A DNA stretch of 64,000 bases from Pecten maximus. Taxonomy: Eukaryota. Location of the stretch: assembly GCF_902652985.1 (NCBI RefSeq), contig NC_047017.1:42904001-42968000 (forward strand), read 5' to 3'. Each line of letters begins with the position of its first letter. Within the stretch, counting starts at the first letter, position 1. The notes below the pieces were generated by a model. The model saw only the letters and a program-made list of their open reading frames with translations. It was not told the DNA's origin and did not search any database. Positions 25,255 through 37,276 of this stretch are shown in pieces. Made by a program: the position numbers and the translations under genes.

Positions 25255-26765
25255 AACAAGAGATCCCAGAGGGATCTTGGCGCCCACCATTGAATGATCT
25301 TCATAGGTTCCATGTCAGATTGATCTTTTCCCTACTTTTCCCTTCATTTTACTAATCTGTGCAAATTGAGACATCCCTCCAGTACTTTTCAAGGGAATCC
25401 TAGCTATATAAGAAATTTGAGATTTAACGATAATGGCTGTTTGTTTGCCAGGTTGTTTTCAGGACAGACTGGTCCAAAAATGCAATACAAGGGACCAAGG
25501 GGAACTACTTATGAAATTTGAGAAAGATCCATTCAGTACTTTGAGAAATAGAGATAACAAACTTCATTTGTCAAAATCCAAGATGGCGGTCTGTCGGCCA
25601 TATTGTTTTCCAATTGATCTCAAAATGCAATAAGCATAACGAGGCACCAAGGGGAACCTCCATATGAAATTTGAGAAAGATCCCTTCAGTACTTTCTCAG
25701 AAATAGCGATAACAAACTTTAATTGTCAAAATCAAAGATGGCTGCCTGTCGGCCATGTTATTTTCAGATTGGTCTCAAAATGCAATATGCATAACTAAGC
25801 ACCAAGGGAAACTTACATATGAAATTTGAGAAAGATCCCTTCATTACTTTCACAGAAATAGCGATAACAAACTTTAATTGTCAGAATCCAAGATGGCTGC
25901 CTGTCAGCCATGTTGTTTTCTAATTAGTCTCAAAATGCAATATGCATAACCAGGAACAAAGAGGAACCTGCATATGAAATTTGAGAAAGATCCCTTCAGT
26001 ACTTTCACAGAAATAGCGATAACAAACTTCAATTGTCAAAATCAAAGATGGCTGCCTGTCGGCCATTTTGTTTTCCGATTGGTCCCAAAATGCAATATGC
26101 ATAACTAGGCACCAAAGGGAACCTATATATGAAATTTGAGAAAGATCCCTTCAGTACTTCCTCAGAAATAGCGATAACAAACTCAAATTGTCAAAATCCA
26201 AGATGGCTGCCTGTCGGCCATGTTGTTTTCAGATTGGTCCCAAAATGCAATATGCATAACTAGGCACCAAAGGGAACCTATATATGAAATTTGAGAAAGA
26301 TCCCTTCAGTACTTCCTCAGAAATAGCGATAACAAACTCAAATTGTCAAAATCCAAGATGGCTGCCTGTCGGCCATGTTGTTTTCTGATCGGTCCCAAAA
26401 TGCAATATGCATAACTAGGCACCAAGGGGAACCTACATATGAAATTTGAGAAAGATCTCTTCAATACTTTCTCAGAAATAGAGATAACAAACTTCAATTG
26501 TCAAAATCCAAGATGGCTGCCTGTCGGCCATGTTGTTTTCCGATTGGTCTCAAAACGCAATATGCACAACTAGGCACCAAGGGGAACCTACATATGAAAT
26601 TTGAGAAAGATCCCATCAGTACTTTCTCAGAAATAGCGATAACAAGAATTGTTTACGGACGGAGGGACGGACGGAGGGACGGCCGGACGGACGGAGGGAC
26701 GGACGGACCACGGACCACGGACGCAGGGCGATTTGAATAGCCCACCATCTGATGATGGTGGGCTA
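25255..26765 (+). mobile_element. HINE/Helentron-like element, family B, copy 2 (eight 155-bp internal repeats)
   Basis: Same termini as 23682-24685. Intact 3' hairpin TAGCCCACCATC-TGAT-GATGGTGGGCTA. GGAC microsatellite at 26655-26720. Confidence 0.85.
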
Positions 26766-27924
26766 ATAAAAATCACTCCTGGGTGATGACAATGTGTATC
26801 AGGTGCATTGTGCATGTTTTACAAGTCAGAAGGAAACATTTTATAATATCTGAAAACAGAACTTGATCTCTGTGTGTCAGCTACAGTTTATAATAAATTA
26901 AACAATTCTAATTACACACAATTGTGATTGTATTCCATGAGTTGTATTTTATTCAATTTACCAGTAAACACTTCCTCACTCAAATTGTTCTATCAGAAAA
27001 AGTAAATCATAAAGTTGGTAAATCTTATGTTCACTGATAACATTAAAATGTTCTATATTACACTTCTTAAATACATGATTTGTAGGATAAAGATGGTGGC
27101 GGACCCCATATTATACTATACTTTCAGATCTGAAAAGTAATCCTATGAGCAGACAGTTTCAAAGCGGTAGCACTGTGTCAAATGGAATGAAATGGTCACA
27201 ACAAAATTCAGATATATGTTCTATTAAATAGAAAGTGACCTTGACCTATGACCTTCAGCCATGAAAAGCAATTTCTAAGTTTCAATGAGGAGGCACTGCA
27301 CTATGTTAAAGTGGAACAATTACAACACAACTCAATATGACGTGAAGAAACCATGTTCTATATATCCTATGACTTTCAAGTCTGAAGAGAAATCCCAAAC
27401 AGGTACTTTTGTTAAGAAAACACTACAAGAGTGAAATCGGTCATCATAATGATATACATGTAAACGTAACCCTATTCATTAGTAAAGTTTCAAGATCTTT
27501 CTTAATTTGATGAAGGAATTTTACTGCAGCCATTTGTTAACATTTAGTCACTCTTCAGCTTCTGTTATATTGATAACAAAGCATTATGTTACTGTGAATA
27601 TTCTTCAAACAACTGACTTAAAGGTAATTCCATGTCATTATATTAATTTTTTTTCTTTACTCTGTTTTAACTAGATTTTGGATTTAAATCAATACTGTGG
27701 ATGTAGTTGATATACATAATACCCCATTCAGTAAATTAATTAAGTACAGTACTTCTTTTAATCTTAAATACCTTTGACAACACACAGCAGTCCACATACA
27801 AACACAATGTACATATACACCATCTTCCAATAGCAGCCGGAATCTGTATCTGTTGACTGAAACCAGACAATTCTCTTTACTGTCATAGATTTTAATCCCA
27901 TAACACGAATTTCCATCAGCATTA

Positions 27925-29802
27925 TCATGGATTAAGTTCATTAAGCTTGCCTAATTGATATACTTGAATTTTCTGAGTAATACGTCCATACGCCTCAAAG
28001 TGTTTCTCCAAACAGTTTGTTGCACACAATGCCTGAAAGATGAACGAAATGTTTATTATATACACTGTTATGTAGTTTATACAACAGGCAAATATTCTGT
28101 AATAAATGGTTAATGTAAAATCTATCTATTTATAACAACTGAAAGTTAACAACATAATCACTCTGTCTACCCAAATGGTAGAGTATGATGGGTCTGACTA
28201 TGAGAGTACCAATGGAAAACCCAAGTGGTCACCTATAGGCAACAGTGTTATCACAGGACCACCTACATCTGAAATGTTAGAGGTTCAGCACAGCTAGAAC
28301 CTTTTGAGAGATGTCGCAGTCAACACAATAACGTTAGATAATAAATCGGCCAACCAGCAGCTCCTCATTTTATGGGAGTATGTGCCACTTGACCACTGTA
28401 ATTACTGGTCAAACTCAATATGAACTACATTTGTGTATAAGTTACGGAAAGACACTTTGAAGACCAGGTTTCTTTAATCAAACATATTCACATCTGTACA
28501 TACTAACAACAAATTTAAGATACCAAATGTCCTAATGAAAATGTGTATTTTTAACAGATTAATGAAAAACATGATCTGTCCTTGATAAGAATGAAAATGT
28601 TTTGTTGTGAAACAGTGTTGTGTATCAACTATCAACACTACTTTAATTGCATATAGATATGTTTTTCTCTATACATCATATCAGTATGTGAAAAGAGAAT
28701 AAAATGAATTTGAATTTGATATGATGTTAGAGTGAATTTTCTCTTTATGACTTGTGGAACAATTAAGTGAGATTTGTCTCTATGAGATTTCCCCTATATT
28801 GGGCTTCGACCTTTGACCCTTGGGCCAGCATTCAATTCATTCACATGTATTATAAACAGAATTTGATAATAATCCATGGGCTCAAGTTTTCTATGGAAAA
28901 TGTTTATAAACATTAGCTAATCTTAGTATAGTACTACTTACCTCTGATTTGGTGACTCTCTTTGTGGTGAAGCTATGGACACAATCCACAAAGCAATGCT
29001 CTGCCAATTTGTTATATGTCCCAAAATATTCTCTAAACTGGAAAGAAATTAATTTACAAGACTTTAATACCTTTTTCAACTATATGATCTAGGAATATCA
29101 AAGTTATTCATTTGAACAAATTTTATTTTATATCAGAATACCATACATTGATATTGCTATATACACATATATATATGTACAGAAACTTAAAGGTTTAACA
29201 CCTTTGGCCCTGAGATCATTTACATATGTATTTAAATAAACTTTGAACCCTTTCATTCCTTCATGCCTCTACCCCATTATTATGACCCTGCCCTTTCTTG
29301 CTTTGTATAATGATCATAAGGTGACATGTTGGAAAAGTTCTTTTGTGATTGTTGAATTTATACTATTTTTACATTTGAAAGGTCATGTTTCTCATATATC
29401 GCGATACATATCGTATTGTGACCCCTGTATCATGATGCGAATTGTATTGCTATCCCACCTTGCGATGAACAGCTCTAAAAATTATACACCCAATGGACAA
29501 CAAAGGTTGCACTACATCATATGCTTTAGACACGTAAGATATTGATATATTTCATTATTCCAGTTCAGTAAATTAAAGTAATAGGACATGCTTCATTACA
29601 AAGTGGGGCCAAATCATCATGGAATGTAATATAAATTTTCTTATGCTTCAGTTACAGTGATAGCATTACTTACAAACTTGTACAGTATGTTGTACATTTA
29701 TGTACCATTTATAATTAAAACAATCAATAAATTGTGTTTTTGTTACATATCCTAGTCTCATACCAAATTTTCTGGATTGATGTTGGGGTCTACAGCTGCC
29801 AT
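27925..29802 (-). CDS. TIMM9: Tim9-like, copy 2 (80 aa)
   Basis: Exons 29802-29764, 29037-28942, 28032-27925. Protein MAAVDPNINPENLFREYFGTYNKLAEHCFVDCVHSFTTKRVTKSEALCATNCLEKHFEAYGRITQKIQVYQLGKLNELNP. Twin CX3C. Same intron positions and 96-nt middle exon as copy 1. Probable non-coding exon donor at ~30722. Confidence 0.9.
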
Positions 29803-30480
29803 GATCCTTATTGGAAACTTCTCTAACCTGAAACAGAATCACTGAAGTTAACAAAATCACATGTACAGATTTGCATCAAAACACAATCAGGGACCAATCT
29901 ATGTTTTGTGAGAAGTTACCCTTTTTTGAGAAAGGGGAGGCTTGTTTTTGTTCAAATGTTGTATTGACAATTTCAATGATAAAGTAGTGATGTATTGATA
30001 ATTTCCATGATAAAAACAACTATTTATATTCATGTTAATCAAAATAAACTGTCTAATTTGAGCTTTTTCATATTGTTTTTTTTACAAAAACAAACCTGGC
30101 ATGACATAGATCAACACTAATACAACAATATTTTTGTAACCGTTTTACAAGCTGTCTGAATTCTTGGGTTTTACTGCACACAAAAAATGTGTTTAAGTTA
30201 ACCAGACATTGGTAAGCGTGTGGCTAACCTGCTTACTTAGTCCAGAGACATATATATGTCGCTGCTTATTCGGGTAAGTTCAGGTGTGTCGTGACACAGA
30301 CAATCAGGTTACATGTGCACCTATGTTGCCATTCGGTCCAAAAGTTTGTCAGCTACTCAACATTTCTCAAATTTTCCTAAAGTCTTTGCCAATTACTGAA
30401 ACTATTTGGCAGAAATATAATCTTTATATAGGATTCAGTAATATTATATTTGATAGTACAAGTGTCATGATACACCCACG

Positions 30481-30612
30481 GGGTCATGTCTAGTCTTATA
30501 TTAAAAAATAGCCAGAATACCTATATATATTAAGACAATACATGTTTTGTTTAATTTTGATGTGATATATAGGTATTTCGGGGTATTTTTTAATATAAGA
30601 ATAAACATGCCC
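30481..30612. repeat. Imperfect ~130-bp palindrome (MITE-like)
   Basis: GGGTCATGTCTAGTCTTATATTAAAAAATA.. pairs with ..TATTTTTTAATATAAGAATAAACATGCCCC. Confidence 0.6.
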
Positions 30613-30946
30613 CTGTATAGTGACCACCTTACTCCAACAATGTTAGAAGATATATAACAGCTCGTGCAATTGATATATCGTTAGTTTTTTAAAACGAACT
30701 CCTCACACTTGTTTGTACTTACCTACACAAAATCTGTCTAAACACATGCACTTGCTAGATCTAGTCTACATAAGTCCGGACTTTATTACCGTCTAAGGTT
30801 TTGAGTTTATAGTCAGAGTTTTTCTTCCGAATTTAGATGATATTATTTTTTGAGTTCCAAGTACACATCGAAATAAGTTAATACGCTCATCAATCCGATA
30901 AAATACAGATTTTGTGCTTGACACGACATTCACATGTAAACACACC

Positions 30947-31410
30947 CACGTGGACTAAGACCACAATTAAGTACTTCCGGGTTCAGGCCCCACGAATGAA
31001 GTCCCCTCAAAAATGTATGTATTTCAGGAAAACAAATCAAATGCCTCTTTGAACTTGATTTCTGTTGATGAATTTAATGTGGATTTATAGTAGAGATGTC
31101 AATCTAGGTTTTGTGATGTAAAATAATAATATTGATCATTTATTATGTGCTCCAGGACCCTGTGTGATGAGTCCTGATTTGACCTCTACCCCTGACCCGG
31201 ATGTATATAATCCACGTTGGTGACACATTTTGACAGCTATCTCCAGAAAATGCTGAACATGCTGGGTTGAAACTTTTATATTTTGCTTCTCAGATGTTGG
31301 TCTTGGCCAGGTGAGATGGAAAGTTGCATATGAGATGTTGGGAATTTATTATGAATTTTAATGTTACAATGAAACATATAGCGAAGCTAATTGTGGTCTT
31401 AGTCCACGTG
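30947..31410. promoter_or_regulatory. Putative divergent promoter of Tim9 copies 2 and 3, with an inverted 23-bp E-box-containing duplicate
   Basis: CACGTGGACTAAGACCACAATTA at 30947-30969 and its exact reverse complement at 31388-31410. ACTTCCGG (ETS-like) at ~30973. Confidence 0.55.
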
Positions 31411-31973
31411 TGTGAAAGTCATTCCAACTAACCGGAAATAAATTAGAATTCATATGTCGTAATATATGATATAGACTCTTCTAATTTAATTCCGCAAGAT
31501 GTATCTAAATATTCTAGTATATTATATGAAATTGATCCTTTCTACCTACAAAGGATACCGATAGTTGATAGTATTGTAATAAATACGGTTTTACGACACC
31601 CCAACTTCGAAATAAAACTTCAACTTATGGCAATTAATAACATTTCCATTTCCGGTATGTGAGGTCAATGCATGTTGGAAAACACGTGGGTATGTTTTGT
31701 TTTCGAAAATGTCTGGAAGTGAGGAAATGGGGATTGTTTTCAGTTTTAATATCATGATGATAACATAATTTTAGTAGAGTGACCCCATCATCTCGATTCA
31801 CTTGCAGAGTTATACAGTACTGGTAAAAGAGTAACGTAGCTCTGGACGACGGACGGACAATTTCTGACAGATGGTCGTCTTCAGAGAGCCGAGTAGGCAG
31901 GGCATGAATATTCGTTCTAGTAAAAAAGCTGATCTTTGGCCAGGTTCCTGTTACGGATTGTCCGCTATAATAG

Positions 31974-32078
31974 CAGGCTCCAAAATTCTGACTGGTCTCC
32001 TGTTTAAAGCTCCTTCAATCTGGCAACAACGATTGAAGGAGCTTTAAGCAGGCGATCTGTCAGAATTTTGGAGTTTGC
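31974..32078. repeat. ~105-bp fold-back hairpin (MITE-like)
   Basis: GCAGGCTCCAAAATTCTGAC..TTAAAGCTCCTTCAATC / GATTGAAGGAGCTTTAA..GTCAGAATTTTGGAGTTTGC. Confidence 0.75.
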
Positions 32079-33667
32079 GATTATTGTCAGTTTTAGGCAG
32101 TGCAATGAATTTTGTCAGCAGTTCCGTGCCATGGACATAGTGGTATACAGTATCCTCATATAAATAACGTTAACCTTGACATATTTTCAAGATCACAGGA
32201 TATTAAAAAAAAAATATATATTGTAGCCTAAGTCTTATTGTCAGGTTCTTAAAATCCAGAGTACTCATATTTAGACAGTACGTTCACTGTTATAGGGTTC
32301 TTTGAAATCCCTCCATACAAACAGAGACCTGTATACTAAATTTTTAGTATATAGGTCTCTGATACAAATGATATCGAGCTATTTTTCAAAAATCTTCTCA
32401 ATACCTATATAAGATAGAATCAAATACTTTTCATAGAAGGAAGGGTTTTATGGTGTTTTACTTAATTGTGAATTTCATGACCCTGGGGTCTCACGTTTGC
32501 CCCTTGGGAGAGGTTAAACTTTGCTATAGTTTATGTAGGGAATTCATTTTTTTGACAATCATTGTTTTATTTCTATTGGAATTCATTCTAACTTTCTTAA
32601 AATCATCAGCATGGGATGATAGCTTAATGATATGCACATGTTGGCCTACTCCAACAATGTTATAGGTTTTACACGGCGAGATACTTTTGACAGGCGCTAA
32701 AATATACAGGTGTTAAAATATTTTTAAAAACGACTAGAAAAGTGCTACAACGACATGGGCATGTATTTTGTGTGTTCTACACCGTATTATACTATATATT
32801 TGTGTCTGTGACATACATATGGGATATATATTGCATACATGATACATAGACATCGTTGTGACCTCTTAAGTGTTTTTTTTAAGCATATTTCGTTGCGCCC
32901 GGATTTCGGGCGGAAACTGCATCAAAGAATTAGTGCTTCGGAAATAAGAGGTCGTAGTCGGCAAAATAATATCTGATAGAAAAAGAGCCGACCAGCGGCC
33001 TCTTATGTTATAGGAGTAATGTTGGCCCTGACCCCAAGGACTGATGGGTGGTGCCAAAAAGGGTCAATTAATTATAAATTAACTGAAATATTTCAAATCT
33101 CAGGTGACCGTTAAGGCCCGTTGGGCCTCTTGTGTTATACAGATCTAATATGATTAACATTTTGCAAGTTACTGATGTTTTTATTTTGAAAATTACAAAT
33201 GACCAATCAAAATTTTTAATACTGTACATATTAAATCTTTAGATCTGATACATATAATGTATTGCCTAACACAAACTAATTTCATTGCATTATAATTGGT
33301 CATGCATGCTGAATGCATTCAATTAATGTTGTTTATAGCCTGTAATGAGGCTAAATGATGTTTTAACATATAAATTACTATAGATTATCTTGTATGTATC
33401 CCAAGTTTCATAAGACCCTATAACTCAGACAGTTTGACAAACAGTCCAAATTGTACCCCTACAATATGCAAAAAAAAATAATTTTATTTGTTTTGTTGAA
33501 ATTTTGCAAAATAAATTGACTATGACCTAGCAACCTTACTAAGATATCACTTATATATATATATGTATATACATGGGGTCTAGTAAGTAATAACGACGGT
33601 ATAAACCAATATACGGTAGGTACTGGATCCTAACAAACAAATGTTGGATGCGTATTACTAAAAATAG

Positions 33668-33850
33668 ATATATGTCAAGTAGTAATAACGACAGTACAGA
33701 CTTGTCTGTACTGTTGTTATTACTACTTGACATATATATGTATATACATGTATATAATTGTCAAGTACATGTATATATACGTAGTAATAACGACAGTACA
33801 GACAAGTAAATTGTCAAATTTTTGAGGCAATCTGCCCTTTATCAAAGACA
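33668..33850 (-). mobile_element. Remnant of a dispersed repeat terminus (shared with 9840-9918), with a head-to-head palindromic duplication
   Basis: 33781-33850 is the reverse complement of 9840-9910. 33668-33737 is a palindrome with ~34-bp arms made from the same terminal sequence. Confidence 0.7.
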
Positions 33851-34354
33851 TATATCGGGGATTATATTGGGTTACCAAATGGATGGGTCATTTTCAAGAA
33901 AAGAAGAACTATGTTATATAATTCATGGGCCATTTATAGAAATTTAAAGAATTTTTCTGAATCATGTGGGTCATTCAGGAAAATTGTTGGCCAATGGCCC
34001 CATGGCCCCATCTAAAATGATCCCTGCATACATATATATAGATATCACCAAAATCACTTTTAATCAAATCATGTTTTATCACTTTTTTTCCTACTGTTCA
34101 AAATCAACCTCTGTAAAGGTGATGAGCTGGATAGAATTACAAATTAAAGAACAAATTAATTTAATGCATTTTTCCACTTCTAATACTATCTTCTCCAGGC
34201 TATAACTTTTGAACCAATTACAATGTAATTTAAAGATAGCTTGATGAAGCTTAAAAATGTAGCTGCATCATTTGCAGGTAGTGTTCAATCACTGAGATCT
34301 TGACTTGAATTCCAAAGAAGTGACAATTTTCAGTACAATCATGTCCCAGTAGAA

Positions 34355-34600
34355 CTGTTTAGGTCACCTGAGATAAAGTCTCAGTTGATCTATTGCAATC
34401 ACCTTTTGTCCGGCATGTATTGTAAACAATTTACATATTCGACTTCTCCAAAACTGCTGAACCAAATTCAAATTCATTCTAACTTGGTTAATATTATCAG
34501 CATAGGATGACAGCTTGATGGTTTGTGGGGGGCCAAAAAGGATCAAATTCTCCAAAATATTTCAAAACTCAGGTTGTCAATAAGGCCCAAGGGCGTCTTA
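34355..34600 (-). mobile_element. Short degenerate HINE-like element
   Basis: TTTAGGTCACCTGAG..CTCAG terminal hairpin at one end and TCAGG...AAGGCCCAAGGGC at the other, matching the HINE termini in reverse. Confidence 0.5.
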
Positions 34601-35056
34601 AGCTTGTTAACAGTTAAATAAATTATGACCTTATAAAATAGAATACCTTAATCACCCACAAGCGATGTGCATCACATTTGTATAAGGTAGCTGTACATAT
34701 GCTAAAAGGTCAACTAAGTATAGCTTTGCAGTACAATATTATTAATGGTATTATAGGTCTCATTTAATACTTAGAAATGTGTATAGGGATATTTTAAAAT
34801 TTTGTTTCTTGAATGGTTATTATTGATGACATTAGTGATGTCAAATTGGTTGAAAACCATAATCGATTAATCAGTAAAATTGGTTGTCTGCAACCAACTG
34901 ATGATCAGTTCATAATCGCATCGAAACTTCCTCTTCATCATTTCTGCATTACAAAGATTATACTGGTCAAATGATACTATGACAATTATTTTTAATACAT
35001 GTATTATAATTTATCCTTGTTTCAGATGAGAGGTCAAGTTCAAAGTTATAAATACA

Positions 35057-36326
35057 ATGGCTGGTGTAGATCCAAATATAATTCAGGCGAAAAATGAAGA
35101 TTATTATAATGTAAGTAATCTTCAATGCATCAAAGTATTTACGTTGTACATGTTCTCCTTTGTAGTAAATTATACACAGGCATGTGCATTATCATTTTGT
35201 TTGCAATAGGTAATTGAAAGTCACAGAATCTTAATAATTTAAAATAAAATGTTTGCAATCGGTAATGTTGATTATTTCGGGAATTAATTTTTAAAAGATC
35301 TAAGAATTCCTTAATATTAATACCTGCAATTTAAAGTGCAAAAAATATTGTGAATGTTCATTCCTGTAACCAGTAGGTTATTTAATAATTTCTTAAACTC
35401 TTTATCTAGACTCTTATGATTACCACGTATCCTGATTTACCAGTTGTTGAGTCTTATAAGTAAAATTTTATTTTCAGTACAAATCATTTATTGCAAATTA
35501 TCACAAAGCATTGCAGCTTTGCTTCATGGATTGTGTCCACTGACTTCACCACAAGGAAGGCCTCACCAGTAGAGGTAAGACACAAGAGGGTCTTCATGTC
35601 GTATTTCTGATCTGCTGAATTGAAATACACAATACAAATGATTTCATCTACTTATCAAAAGTAACAATAATCTCGTGTACATGTTCTTGAACATGTATGC
35701 TCCTGTCAATTCTGTGCTGTTAACAGGTAATCAGTCCAATTTTTATACCCTATGTCCATCCAAGCTTTAAGGGGTGAAATAGGAATCATTCTGTCCATCC
35801 AAAAGGAACTTCATTTTAAAACTACATCATATGTAAAGGTACATGTACTGGTAAGCATGCTCCAGGCCCAATATCGGATCTCTTGGTTATTGATAAGAAG
35901 TTATTTAAAGAGATTAGCATATTTGATCCCGATGATCTTGAGTGTAAGTCGAGGTCATTCATTGGAACAAACTTGGTAGCCCTTTACCCAAACTTGCTGC
36001 AGGTTTCAATATCAGGTCGTTTGGCTAATTATGAAAAGAATTCCAATTCAGAAATTCCTCCAGAAGTTATGTCCCTTGAAACTAATCACAACTTGCATTG
36101 TCATCTGTTGGAATTATCATGTTATAAACATCATAATTGGAAACTGCTCTATAGGTTATTTCCTCATGATAATATTTGCTACTCAATATCAACACATCTA
36201 TCTTTTCAGACATTTTGTGCAAGTAACTGTTTCCAGAATTACATTGATGTATCTAAGCGAGTTGACCTGAAAGCTATCGAATGGAGGAAAAGACAGGTGG
36301 AAGAGGCTGGAAATGTAGAGAGCTGA
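35057..36326 (+). pseudogene. TIMM9: Tim9-like, copy 3; 1-nt frameshift in exon 2 (pseudogene, null allele or assembly error)
   Basis: Exons 35057-35110, 35478-35574 (97 nt versus 96 in the paralogs), 36210-36326. TGT GTC CAC TGA places a stop at 35541-35543. Removing one base restores ...CFMDCV(T/H)DFTTRKASPVE TFCASNCFQNYIDVSKRV... with intact twin CX3C and splice sites. Confidence 0.75.
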
Positions 36327-37276
36327 TGAAATATTAACCTAGAATTAAAATATCATCTCATTTATCAGTGTCCATATTGGTGGAGATCTGGCAGTGGATT
36401 CCAGTAGACATAGCAATGTCACTTACCTAGATCAAGTTAGATGTTCTTAAAAGATGCATACAATCAGATATTCTTAAAAGATGCATACAATGTTTTTACT
36501 GAGTAAACTCTATAGTATTAACTTTGGTAAGGATACATGTGTTAAGAATTATGTGAGGAATGGACAATCAGATATATCGCATAACTTAGAAAATGTTACA
36601 AATGTAATCTGTCATAAATTATTACAAATAGAATTGGTCAGACACAGTCAACCTGTAACTTAGCATGTCCCTTCTCAGTTCTCTGACAGACTTAAACTGA
36701 TGAATTGATAAGGTTATTCCTATTTATCATCTTTGTGATTGTGTGAGAGTGAGTTGGAACGTTTATTGTGACGTTTAATTTTGTCATTTTTGAATAAAAT
36801 TATATTAATATGTTGAAATTCAAAAAGTTTTACTATTTATTTTTATATGAAATAAAGTGGGGAAATCCCCATAGAACCAACGTCCATTCAGTGTAGTTTA
36901 AGAAAAAGTGTATCTTCTAGGTCTCATTTTTTTTTTTTTTTTTTTCAATACTTGTAGAAATCTATAGCAAGTCTTTATTTACTATGACCTTTATATGAAA
37001 GGTTAACATTAGCCTGTGATCGGTATAAGTAGTCATGTCTATACAATAGTGTTCAGTATGGATACTTGATTACAGGCTTCTCATAAACAAAGGTAAAACC
37101 TAGGTATTTTATCTGAAACATTAAGGTATAACTTAGGTATTATAATCTGAAACACCATTATCATTTTATAATTGGTGTGTTTAAAGATTTGATCAGTACC
37201 AAACATTATAGAAGACATGAATTTTTAAATGGGTATAAAAGACAAGAGGCATTCTTATTTAACAAAATTTAATAAC

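Noticed and set aside
35541-35543. Selenocysteine or read-through TGA in Tim9 copy 3
   Set aside because: Read-through stays in the wrong frame and stops early in exon 3. Homology continues only after a 1-nt shift, so this is a frameshift.
35883-36326. 147-aa ORF as a standalone gene
   Set aside because: Only the last 38 codons are real (Tim9 copy 3 exon 3); the rest is intron containing a repeat fragment.
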